Source: Alphaproteobacteria bacterium
Lineage (GTDB): Bacteria; Pseudomonadota; Alphaproteobacteria; UBA9219
Length of the DNA stretch: 64,000 nucleotides
Reading direction: 5' to 3'
NCBI GenBank assembly: GCA_028691835.1
Contig: JAQUYN010000001.1
Span: 21,122-85,121 of the forward strand
Both the position numbers and the translations under genes were made by a program. The notes beneath the pieces are model-generated. The model was not told the DNA's origin, made no database searches, and was given only the letters and a program-made list of their open reading frames with translations. Shown here in pieces: positions 55,527 to 63,762 of this stretch; position 1 is the stretch's first letter, and each line of letters starts with the position of its first letter.

Positions 55527-55534
55527 CTGCTCTC

Positions 55535-55972
55535 CTAATCCACGACGCGCCAAGCCCCGTCAGGTTGCAAGCAGGCGGTGCCATAAATCTGGCTTTGCTG
55601 CCCGTTGACAAGCGCCATTGATTGATATTCACGACAGAGTTGTCCGGTTTCGTTGACATAAGAAGCCGAAGCCGGATCTGCGACAAGGGCTGATTCCGTC
55701 ACATACTGCGGGGGGACCTGTATCACAGGCGTTTCATAAATGACTGTTGGCGATGGTTGAACATAAATAAGAGAAGAATGGGGTCTATAATAATGGGGAC
55801 GATAAGACTGCCGATGATGACGCGGCCCGTAAAAAGGCTCTCGACTATAGTGATGCGGATAATCGCCATCGGACATCGAAAACGAAAAACTCGTTTCAGC
55901 ATGAGCCGCATTGGGAAAAAAGACGCCGCCCAACGTAAATGATAAAACCAAAAGGCCAAGCACATTTTTCAT
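55535..55972 (-). CDS. secreted protein with C-terminal surface-antigen-like Cys motif (COG4520-like)
   Basis: Signal peptide, His/Tyr/Arg/Pro-rich middle, C-terminal CREYQSMALVNGQQSQIYGTACLQPDGAWRVV. Confidence 0.55.
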   Translation of the reverse strand: MKNVLGLLVLSFTLGGVFFPNAAHAETSFSFSMSDGDYPHHYSREPFYGPRHHRQSYRPHYYRPHSSLIYVQPSPTVIYETPVIQVPPQYVTESALVADPASASYVNETGQLCREYQSMALVNGQQSQIYGTACLQPDGAWRVVD

Positions 55973-56019
55973 AAGATCAGCTCCCTCCCTTCGGGGGACA
56001 AAGAACATAAGAACGTTTA

Positions 56020-56346
56020 TCAGCGATACGAAAAAACATCACGTCCATAAACAGAATCGCGTGCCGTGATAATCGGTGAAGGCGAATAAACCACCTGCGT
56101 GCGATAAGTCGGCATGATCGGTTGATAGACATACTGCACAGGCGGCGGCGCATAGCGGCGATGATGATGATCCCGCACGCGCACATAACCATGGCGACGA
56201 GTCCGATGATCAAAGCGATCTTCATGATAACGAGAACGTCCATCATTTGAAACAAAACTGATAAAAGTATCGGCCTTGGCAAAAGATGGGGCAGCGATCA
56301 AACCGACAAAGACCGCAGCAGAAAGAGCAGAAGCAAACGTACGCAT
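56020..56346 (-). CDS. secreted His/Arg/Tyr-rich protein, paralogous to the N-terminal part of 55535..55972
   Basis: Signal peptide AAVFVGLIAAPSFA. DTFISFVSNDGRSRYHEDRF...VQYVYQP parallels ETSFSFSMSDGDYPHHYSREPF...LIYVQP. Confidence 0.5.
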   Translation of the reverse strand: MRTFASALSAAVFVGLIAAPSFAKADTFISFVSNDGRSRYHEDRFDHRTRRHGYVRVRDHHHRRYAPPPVQYVYQPIMPTYRTQVVYSPSPIITARDSVYGRDVFSYR

Positions 56347-56420
56347 AGGGAGACTCCTTTACGAAAGAGAGAGAAGCGGGCTTGGCAATCCCTGTGGCCG
56401 CCAAGCCCACCCTCTTGACG

Positions 56421-57008
56421 TTACTTTGTCGTCGCGCTCTTGGCGTTCGCGGACGCGTCATCATCCATCATCATCGAACGATCAGGATTCATTCCAAGCC
56501 CCCGACCAGCGCCCCTTTTGCCGCCGTGAGGCCCTTTGCCATCGCGGCGCATAGCCATCATTCCACGGTCAGCAAAACGGGCTCGCTCCTCAGGTGTCAT
56601 CTTTTCTGCGACAGAAGCAAAAGCCTCGGCGCGATCAGACGACAGCTTGGCCATCAAGGATTGGATCTCTTCATGCTTGGCAAGATAGGCACTCTTATCA
56701 AACGTTGGGGCCTTCATAATCTCTTGCATTTCTTTGTGCTTGGTCTGCACAGCCTCAAAGGTGGCCTTGCTGTCCTCATGAAGTTTGTCCATGGTTTCTT
56801 GCATCAACTTTTGTGAAGCCTCGGACAGCTTTGGCATGCCGGGGTGATTTTTCCTCATCATTGAAGCTTGATCTGTGACGGCCTCTGTCGTGGACGTTGT
56901 CTCTGCTGGTGTTGTTTTTGCCGTTGCTTTGGCTTCAGCAAAACTGCCGACAAGCAAAACAGAAAGCAGAGCGGTGGCGGCGAAGAGATGTGTCTTTTTC
57001 ATAATCAA
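56421..57008 (-). CDS. periplasmic Spy/CpxP-family-like protein
   Basis: Signal peptide, helical LSEASQKLMQETMDKL and MTPEERARF (LTxxQ-like) segments, Gly/Arg/Met-rich tail. Confidence 0.45.
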   Translation of the reverse strand: MIMKKTHLFAATALLSVLLVGSFAEAKATAKTTPAETTSTTEAVTDQASMMRKNHPGMPKLSEASQKLMQETMDKLHEDSKATFEAVQTKHKEMQEIMKAPTFDKSAYLAKHEEIQSLMAKLSSDRAEAFASVAEKMTPEERARFADRGMMAMRRDGKGPHGGKRGAGRGLGMNPDRSMMMDDDASANAKSATTK

Positions 57009-57310
57009 TCCTTTTCGTTCGAGTTGTTGTCACCTTAAGTCACAGTAAGAACGAAGCACATGGCAAAATTATGCCCAAAACCCTTTTTTCTTGCCATAGA
57101 TTCGGCACAACTAGCAGATCGTGATAAGATCGGAGGTTTCAACCGCCAATCGTTTGCGTGAATTGGCGCTAAGTTCTTTAAAGATTGAGCCACAGAATAC
57201 AGTTGTGCAACCAACCGAAGGCACATGGGAAAAAGCCGTTAAAGCGATGATCGACAGCAACGCGTAAACACGCTATGCTCATGCCCAATTCATCATCAAA
57301 GGAGCTCCCC

Positions 57311-57640
57311 ATGAGTAAATCAAACACACTTCGCAACACGCTTATTCTTGTTATTATTATTCTTGCTGGCCTTGCCATCTATAAAGCCACGATGACGCCA
57401 ACGGATGAAATGCCCACCGTTGTAGAAGGTTCAAGCGACGTGCAAGGCGATGCAAATTCTATCGCTGTACCAGAACCAGAAACAATGATTGAAAAAGCAG
57501 AAGATGCGGCAGAGGCCGTTAAAAAAGGCGCTGAAGATGCAGCCGAAGATGTCAAGGAAGGCGCTGAAGACGCCGTTGATCAAATGCAGCAAACAGCCCC
57601 AACCATCGAACCAGAATCACCAGAAGGAAAAACAGAATAA
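57311..57640 (+). CDS. membrane-anchored acidic repeat protein
   Basis: AAAGGAG SD, TM segment LILVIIILAGLAIY, then AEDAAEAVKKGAEDAAEDVKEGAEDAVD repeats. Confidence 0.5.
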   Translation: MSKSNTLRNTLILVIIILAGLAIYKATMTPTDEMPTVVEGSSDVQGDANSIAVPEPETMIEKAEDAAEAVKKGAEDAAEDVKEGAEDAVDQMQQTAPTIEPESPEGKTE

Positions 57641-57818
57641 TTTCATTTTTCTTTTCCTTAGACCTCTTGCTAAACCAACAAAAAATCACGTCATGTCGGC
57701 TAAGCCGGGGGTGACGCTTTGAAGTTAATCAAGAAGTCTAGAGCAGATCGCGATAAGGTTGGGGCCTTTGTTATGCGCCAACCTACTCCAAAACCGCTCT
57801 ATTGTGTAAAAACTAAGC

Positions 57819-57861
57819 CTTTCTCCCTCTTGCGTTTTATCGTTAGAGGGAGAAAGTTTTT
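57819..57861 (+). terminator. strong intrinsic terminator/attenuator 39 nt upstream of the radical SAM start codon
   Basis: CTTTCTCCCTCT-(14 nt loop)-AGAGGGAGAAAG-TTTTT. Confidence 0.6.
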
Positions 57862-57899
57862 AAATTGTTTCCTCCCTCCGTGCCAGATGCCGTTGTCCC

Positions 57900-59330
57900 A
57901 TGTCCAAAGTCGCCCTCGTCAGTCCTCCCTACCTTGATGCCTATACACGCAATTCACGCTGTGACCTTATGTCGCCAGCGTCATCGTCGTGGTATCCTCT
58001 ATGGCTTGGCCAAGCTGGGTGCTGGCTTGAAGGCAAAGGTCACCAAACGATCCTTATTGATGCGCAAGCTTGTGGTATGAAGCGCCAACAAGCCTTAGAT
58101 GCAATCACGAGCTTCAACGCCGATATTGTGGCCATCTATACGGGCCGTTTGAGCGAAGACAGCGATATAGCCTTTGGAGATGAAATAGCGGCCACAGGAC
58201 GCACCGTTGTCTTTGTCGGGCCTTACGCCTCGGCGAACTGCAGCGGACTTCTGGCCAAAGCTAAAACGGCCACGCTGGCCATCCAAAGAGAATTCGACCT
58301 CCCTCTTGAAGAATTAGCATCGGGAGCGACGCCACTTTGCGTCCGCAACGTATGGGTCAAAGATCATACAACGGGGGCGATCACCTTTACGCCTCCACGC
58401 CCCTTGCTTAAAACAGAAACGCTCGACCAATTTCCGCTCCTTACCCAATATTTTAACGAGCATTTAAATATTCGGAACTATCGCATCCCCTCCGAACCTT
58501 ATCCCTTCATTGACGTGCAGTCGGGACGCGGCTGCGCTTGGGGCCGTTGTGACTTTTGCCTGTGGACGCATACCTTTATCACGGGAAGCGCCTACAATCT
58601 GAGATCTATCGAGCCTTTTATGCAGGAATTCGACTATATCCGTACGCACATGCCATCCATCAAAGGCGTGATGGTTCAAGACGACATGCTGACCAACCGT
58701 CGCGCCCTTGAAATTGCAGAAGCCCTGATCGCCCGCAAAAATAAACTTCGTTGGTCGTGCTATGCGAAACCGAATTCCAAGCTTACGCCCGAAACGCTAT
58801 CCTTGATGAAAAAATCAGGATGCCTCAATCTTCACGTTGGCTTTGAATCCGGCAATAATGCCATCTTGAAGGAGATCGACAAAGGAACAACCGTTGAACA
58901 AGCGTTGGAGTTTGGCGCGATGGTTCGCGAATCCGGCCTTCGCTTATGTGGCGAGTTCACCTTTGGCCATGTCGGCGAAACCGAAGAAACTATGGCCGAC
59001 ACACTGCGCCTCGCGCAAGCCATCAATCCCCACATGGCTCACTTTCTTGTTATGATCCCACTTCATGGCACCCCGTATTGGGACAAACTGAAACAAACAG
59101 GAACCCTGAACGCCGAAGGACAACCCTCTTTTGAATCCGTGGGAGGCCCAAGCGCCAAAGAAATCAACCAAACGACCAAAGAGGCCTATCGACAATTCTA
59201 CGTCTCAGGGCGTTATCTGAAAAAAGTAATTCAAAACCCAGGTGATCTTTTCTTCAAACGACTGGGCCTTTACGCACGTGTGCTCGTTCCCGTTCTGGGG
59301 CGCAAAAACATCTATACGGCTCGCAATTGA
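57900..59330 (+). CDS. B12-binding-domain radical SAM protein
   Basis: N-terminal Rossmann-like B12-binding-type region, then SGRGCAWGRCDFCLW Cys cluster and the GFESGN element. Confidence 0.7.
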   Translation: MSKVALVSPPYLDAYTRNSRCDLMSPASSSWYPLWLGQAGCWLEGKGHQTILIDAQACGMKRQQALDAITSFNADIVAIYTGRLSEDSDIAFGDEIAATGRTVVFVGPYASANCSGLLAKAKTATLAIQREFDLPLEELASGATPLCVRNVWVKDHTTGAITFTPPRPLLKTETLDQFPLLTQYFNEHLNIRNYRIPSEPYPFIDVQSGRGCAWGRCDFCLWTHTFITGSAYNLRSIEPFMQEFDYIRTHMPSIKGVMVQDDMLTNRRALEIAEALIARKNKLRWSCYAKPNSKLTPETLSLMKKSGCLNLHVGFESGNNAILKEIDKGTTVEQALEFGAMVRESGLRLCGEFTFGHVGETEETMADTLRLAQAINPHMAHFLVMIPLHGTPYWDKLKQTGTLNAEGQPSFESVGGPSAKEINQTTKEAYRQFYVSGRYLKKVIQNPGDLFFKRLGLYARVLVPVLGRKNIYTARN

Positions 59331-59480
59331 AGAGTTGGGTTTTATCGTCCCGTTATGCCAAGAGAACCTCGACAGATTTTTCACCAGCAGGCCTCTCCTT
59401 TTGCGTCAATCCAGGCCCGCGAGCCGGGATCCAGCCTGCCTTGCTGAAGGCTCTTGCGTCCGCAGGCTATATGAGTCTTA

Positions 59481-59659
59481 TACCAACCCTCGAATGAAAG
59501 CATCCAATCAGATCACGAGCGGTTGCGAGGAAGGATCCTCTCGCCGGACAGTCCTTTCCTTTAGGCGCAAGGCGTTCCGTCCGGCAAGAGGATCGTGAGG
59601 CGCAGAGCGAGTGATTGCATGCAGCGCTCTCAATACGTCAGTTCATAGGCTCGCTGGTA
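59481..59659. mobile_element. MITE family 1, full-length copy, TTA target duplication
   Basis: TACCAACCCTCGAATGAA..GATCACGAGCGGTTGCGAGG..CTCTCGCCGGACAGTCC..TTTAGGCGCAAGGCGTTCCGTCCGGCAAGAGGATCGTGAGGCGCAGAGCGAGTGA..GTTCATAGGCTCGCTGGTA, flanked by TTA 59478..59480 and TTA 59660..59662. Confidence 0.8.
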
Positions 59660-59778
59660 TTATGCCGCGTGGACACGCGGCTCTGGATCCCAGATGGGTT
59701 CAAGCACGGGATGACGCTAACGGTGAGCATGGGCTCAAAATGACCAACTCTTGATGTGCGAGGGGGTATATCAAACGG

Positions 59779-61047
59779 CTAACTTGCGCGCACCGTTTTC
59801 AAGAACGTGCCGATTTCACGCCGCAAGGACTCGGCCTGTCGCGAAAGCTGATCGGACGACGACAAAACATCACCAGACAATCTTCCCGTTTCATCGGCGG
59901 CTTGCTTGACCATCGTGGTGTTATCCGTGACCTCTTGCGTCCCAAGGCTTGCTTGCCCTGCATTACGTGCAATCCCAACAGTCTCCCCGCTTTGCCGTTC
60001 AACATCGTTGGCGATCTGCGAGGCAACCTGATTGATGCTAGTGATTGTACCCGTAATCTTCGCAATAGCATCCACCGCGCCTTGCGTGTTGCTTTGCACA
60101 CGGCTTATTTGCGCCGAGATTTCTTCGGTCGCTTTGCTTGTTTGGTTTGCCAAATTCTTAACCTCACTGGCAACAACGGCAAACCCTTTCCCCGCTTCTC
60201 CAGCCCGGGCGGCTTCAATTGTGGCGTTCAACGCCAACAGATTTGTTTGATTGGCAATTTCCGAAATAAAGTGCACCACCTCGCCAATCTTATTAACAGA
60301 CTCGGCAAGCTCACGCACTTTTGCATTCGTTTGATCAGCCTCACTCACAGCTGACTGTGAAATGCCTGCGGCCTCTTCAAGACGTTTACTGATCGTGTGA
60401 ATAGAGGAAGAAAGCTCGTCTGCCGCCACTGAAACAGCCTGAACATTCGACGCAGCTTGACTCGATGCCGCCGCAGCCGATGCAGATTGGTTTGTGGTTG
60501 CCGCTGCTGTCGTCGAAAGACTTTCGGCCAAGCCCCGCAAAGATGTAGATGCCGTCGTAACATTTTCAACAATGCTGCCAACCTTGGATTCGAAAGAATC
60601 CGCGAGCATGTTGCGCATCTGGAGTTCTTCTTCTTGTTTGCGTTTTTCAGAAGCAATTTGGTCCTTCTCCAAACGTTCTTTCTCAATCCCATTCTTCTTG
60701 AACACATCGACCTTGCGGGCCATGCTCCCAATCTCTGAGTGCGACGACGTATAGGGAACATCAACATCAAAATGATTTTTGGTGAGCTTGCGCATAACAT
60801 CCGTCAATCCGCGCACAGGTTTCGTAACAATCCGGAAAACGATGCGCGACACCACGACGTTCACAATAACGGCAATAACAAGCTGCCACATCAGATCAGA
60901 GAAAAATGCAGCCCCCGCCTCTTCTCCAAACTTATTGAGGATATGAAGATAGCTCTTAATGCCAAACAAAACACCGACAACGGACAGAAACAGCATCACC
61001 GACTGAAGCTGAAAAGATAAGCTTCTAAACAAGCGACTTAATTGCAC
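59779..61047 (-). CDS. methyl-accepting chemotaxis protein
   Basis: Two TM segments plus HAMP, and the signalling hairpin [38 protein letters not shown] start. Confidence 0.9.
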   Translation of the reverse strand: MQLSRLFRSLSFQLQSVMLFLSVVGVLFGIKSYLHILNKFGEEAGAAFFSDLMWQLVIAVIVNVVVSRIVFRIVTKPVRGLTDVMRKLTKNHFDVDVPYTSSHSEIGSMARKVDVFKKNGIEKERLEKDQIASEKRKQEEELQMRNMLADSFESKVGSIVENVTTASTSLRGLAESLSTTAAATTNQSASAAAASSQAASNVQAVSVAADELSSSIHTISKRLEEAAGISQSAVSEADQTNAKVRELAESVNKIGEVVHFISEIANQTNLLALNATIEAARAGEAGKGFAVVASEVKNLANQTSKATEEISAQISRVQSNTQGAVDAIAKITGTITSINQVASQIANDVERQSGETVGIARNAGQASLGTQEVTDNTTMVKQAADETGRLSGDVLSSSDQLSRQAESLRREIGTFLKTVRAS

Positions 61048-61277
61048 AACACAACCTCACAACAGAAAATGGGAACCGCCCCTTGATCTTGGCACATAAA
61101 AAAGGCCGGCCCAAAGAACGGGCGTTCACTGAACACATGGATATGGTTAATACCCCTAATTTAAAAAAAGGTAAATGCCGCGCGCCCTTACCTGCAATAT
61201 TAGACCTCCCTTTGATCAGCTTAACGAAGGCTTTCCAAGGTTCGTTTAAAAGCAGGCACCAAGGCGAGTGTCGATAA

Positions 61278-61685
61278 CGGTTATCAAGGGCTCCAACACG
61301 AGCATCCGAACACAGCCAAGCCGGTCAAAAAAACAAAGCGCAATCCTTTGACAAAAGAGCAAAAACGAGCCAACAAAGAACAAGCAAGAAGACGGGGGAG
61401 ACATCGACAGAGACGAGGTTTTATCTCTCCTCGCTTCCCTGCGCCCCAGAACTTATCCTTCGCGCCACAAGATCCCACTGGAGCATAGAGAACAAACTGC
61501 ACTGGGTATTGGACGTGACGTTCCGTGAGGACGTATGCCGAACAAGGAAAGATTATGCCGCCGCAAACTTATCCTTGGTGCGCAAAATCGTCCTTAACCT
61601 TCTCCGGCAGGACGATTCCTTCAAAAAGTCTTTGCGGCTTAAGGCTTCTCTCAATCTCGATTATACAGGATGGATTCACGATTGA
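61278..61685 (+). pseudogene. ISAs1-family transposase, C-terminal remnant
   Basis: Own translation gives ...ETRFYLSSLPCAPELILRATRSHWSIENKLHWVLDVTFREDVCRTRKDYAAANLSLVRKIVLNLLRQDDSFKKSLRLKA...*. This matches the ISAs1/H-repeat tail (RRYYISSL...R.HW.IEN.LHWVLDV.F.ED..R.R). There is no start codon and no N-terminal 250+ aa. Confidence 0.7.
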
Positions 61686-61711
61686 AGTGCAACGATTGAA
61701 AAGAAGCTTAA

Positions 61712-61890
61712 TACCAACCGCCCGATGAACCAACCTGTTCGGGTCACGAGCGGTTGCGAGGGGATATTCTCTCGCCGGACAGGCCTCTCCTTTAGGCGCA
61801 AGGCGTTCCGTCCGGCAAGAGGATCGCGAGGCGCAGAGCGAGTGATTGAGAGCGGCCCTTTCAGTGAGTCCGTTCATAGATCCGCTGGTA
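61712..61890. mobile_element. MITE family 1, full-length copy, TAA target duplication
   Basis: TACCAACCGCCCGATGAACCAACCTGTTCGGGTCACGAGCGGTTGCGAGG...GATCGCGAGGCGCAGAGCGAGTGA...GTCCGTTCATAGATCCGCTGGTA, flanked by TAA 61709..61711 and TAA 61891..61893. Confidence 0.8.
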
Positions 61891-62109
61891 TAAGAATACC
61901 TCGGCGGGTGTTTTAAAGCCAAGGCATTTTCTGGGCGTGTTGTTGTGGAGGTCGGCGATGAATTGCAAGTCCTTGGCAGACAAGGTGGAAAAGTCAGTTG
62001 CGCGAGGAAGGGAACGGCGGAGGCGTCCGATCATGTTCTCGATCCCTCCCTTTTGCCAAGGAGAAGAAGGATCACAAAAGAAGGTTTCAAGGCCATGCCT
62101 TCTGGCAAC
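61891..62109 (-). pseudogene. IS30-family transposase, C-terminal remnant, 3' end cut by the MITE
   Basis: Own minus-strand translation gives IVARRHGLETFFCDPSSPWQKGGIENMIGRLRRSLPRATDFSTLSAKDLQFIADLHNNTPRKCLGFKTPAEVFL. This matches the IS30 tail (P..PWQRGtNEN.NGLLRqy.PK.td.s......l..v...LN.RPRK.LG..TP.E.F). Stops lie immediately upstream. Confidence 0.7.
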
Positions 62110-62180
62110 AATCTAAATCGATACTAACTATTTGAAATACAAATGCCCCTTGCCACCATCTTTGGCGTAGAGCCATAAAT

Positions 62181-62256
62181 TGGCGTCTCCTACGGGGTTC
62201 GAACCCGTGTTACCGCCGTGAAAGGGCGGTGTCCTAGGCCTCTAGACGAAGGAGAC
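62181..62256 (-). tRNA. tRNA-Glu (anticodon UUC)
   Basis: Reverse complement is GTCTCCTTCGTCTAGAGGCCTAGGACACCGCCCTTTCACGGCGGTAACACGGGTTCGAACCCCGTAGGAGACGCCA, with anticodon loop CU-UUC-AC and the typical Glu D-arm. Confidence 0.9.
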
Positions 62257-62455
62257 ACACGTTGTCTGCCACTTCAACAATGGCAAGAAGGCACAGTTAG
62301 ACGACCAGCAGGAAGAAATCAATCAAAAACTGCAAGGCAGCTGCATAAATATATGTTTGAGCAAAAGAATCCTGTCAAAAAAACCGGATTAACCATGGCG
62401 CTCACACTTTCGCGACCATCCCCCCCCCTGAGGCGGCGTCCTTCATGAAAACGCG

Positions 62456-63121
62456 TTATTTCGTATCCTGCTTACGCAGGCGATAAACAAAGTCCATGGT
62501 GTTTTCTTCACCGCCGGGGGCCTTCCTACACTCGGTCGTTGCCACATCAGGAGAGACGGGCAAGATCGTATGAGCCGCACTTGCGTTAATCGTGACACTG
62601 ACTAAACCCAAGGGCATATCGGCCCCAGAAAGTTTATCCGCCAGCGAAATACAGCTTGAATATTTGATCCCACGCAGGCGGATACGGAAAAACTGTGATG
62701 AATCTGTTGATCCATCAACACCAATCCCCCCATTCGACAAAACAGAGTTATCTGGCGCCGAGGACCCCCAAGGATGGTCGGCAAGCAAAATGGCCGCCGA
62801 ACGGTTTCTGATTTGCTCCGGCAGCAATACACTTTGCTGAAGAAGATAACTTGTTATCGCGGCAAACCCCGTTCCTCCACCAGCGTCTGTGACCCGAATG
62901 CGATTGGAATAAAAATCACGGATATTATTGACCATCACAACCATTTGCTCGACCATTTCTTGTCGTCTGACATTTTCACGAACCATGGAAACAACGCCCC
63001 ACAACGAACCTAGGACAAGCCCCATAATGGCAAGAACAATGGCTAACTCAGGCAACGAGAAGCCCACACACACCGTTTTTAAGAATCTAGTTTCTGATCT
63101 TAAAGTCAATATCCACCTCAT
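62456..63121 (-). CDS. type IV pilin-like / pseudopilin protein (prepilin-type N-terminal motif)
   Basis: VG|FSLPELAIVLAIMGLVLGSLWGVV has Gly at -1, Glu at +5 and a hydrophobic helix. It is paralogous to 63087..63749. The start is uncertain. Confidence 0.7.
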   Translation of the reverse strand: MRWILTLRSETRFLKTVCVGFSLPELAIVLAIMGLVLGSLWGVVSMVRENVRRQEMVEQMVVMVNNIRDFYSNRIRVTDAGGGTGFAAITSYLLQQSVLLPEQIRNRSAAILLADHPWGSSAPDNSVLSNGGIGVDGSTDSSQFFRIRLRGIKYSSCISLADKLSGADMPLGLVSVTINASAAHTILPVSPDVATTECRKAPGGEENTMDFVYRLRKQDTK

Positions 63122-63749
63122 TCCCTGTCAGACTTGTTACGCCACACCACGCCACAGCGGTGGACGCAGACATGGGCAAAGGAACGCCCCCACCTGGATT
63201 CGAAATGTTTGTAATGTCGATGTCTGCGCTGTTTGAACTTCCGGCAATACGAACAACCCCCATTTCGGGCATAAGAAACGGGAACTCCATAAGCAATTTT
63301 ACACAATTGGTCTGGCTCAAACGAAGAAGCCGAATACGCATAACGCGCCCTGCCCTTTGACTTTCAACGCGAAACGATCCGCCCGCGACGACACCCAAGG
63401 GATGGTTGATGTCAGACATCTCATTCGATTGATTCAAGCGCATATCCATCGGGATCAGGCGCCGATCATCATCATTGAGAAGTTGTGTAATATCTGTGCC
63501 GTCGGCCTGCGCCGTTTTGGTAACAGAATTGGTGTAGATCCCGCCCATAGGGCCATAATAATCGCGGACATTATTAACAATCGTAACTAACTGCTCTTTT
63601 GCCTTGTAATAACGATAATTGTCCCAAACAACACCCACAATTGCCCAGACACCGCCCATGACCAAAGACATGGCCCCCAAAACGATGGCAAGCTCAGTCA
63701 AAGTCAAGCCTCGCCGTTTTTTGTTGGCTGCTCTAAAAAAAATGGTCAC
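63087..63749 (-). CDS. type IV pilin-like / pseudopilin protein (prepilin-type N-terminal motif)
   Basis: KKRRG|LTLTELAIVLGAMSLVMGGVWAIVGVV. Start moved to GTG 63749 (AGAGGAAA SD 4 nt upstream), giving a 220-aa product, almost the same length as its 221-aa neighbour. Confidence 0.7.
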   Translation of the reverse strand: MTIFFRAANKKRRGLTLTELAIVLGAMSLVMGGVWAIVGVVWDNYRYYKAKEQLVTIVNNVRDYYGPMGGIYTNSVTKTAQADGTDITQLLNDDDRRLIPMDMRLNQSNEMSDINHPLGVVAGGSFRVESQRAGRVMRIRLLRLSQTNCVKLLMEFPFLMPEMGVVRIAGSSNSADIDITNISNPGGGVPLPMSASTAVAWCGVTSLTGNEVDIDFKIRN

Positions 63750-63762
63750 AGTTTTCCTCTTC

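Noticed and set aside
55527-55534. Expected 6S RNA (ssrS) upstream of the 5-formyl-THF cyclo-ligase gene.
   Set aside because: Only 8 nt separate the gene from the upstream CDS stop, so there is no room for an RNA gene at the canonical position.
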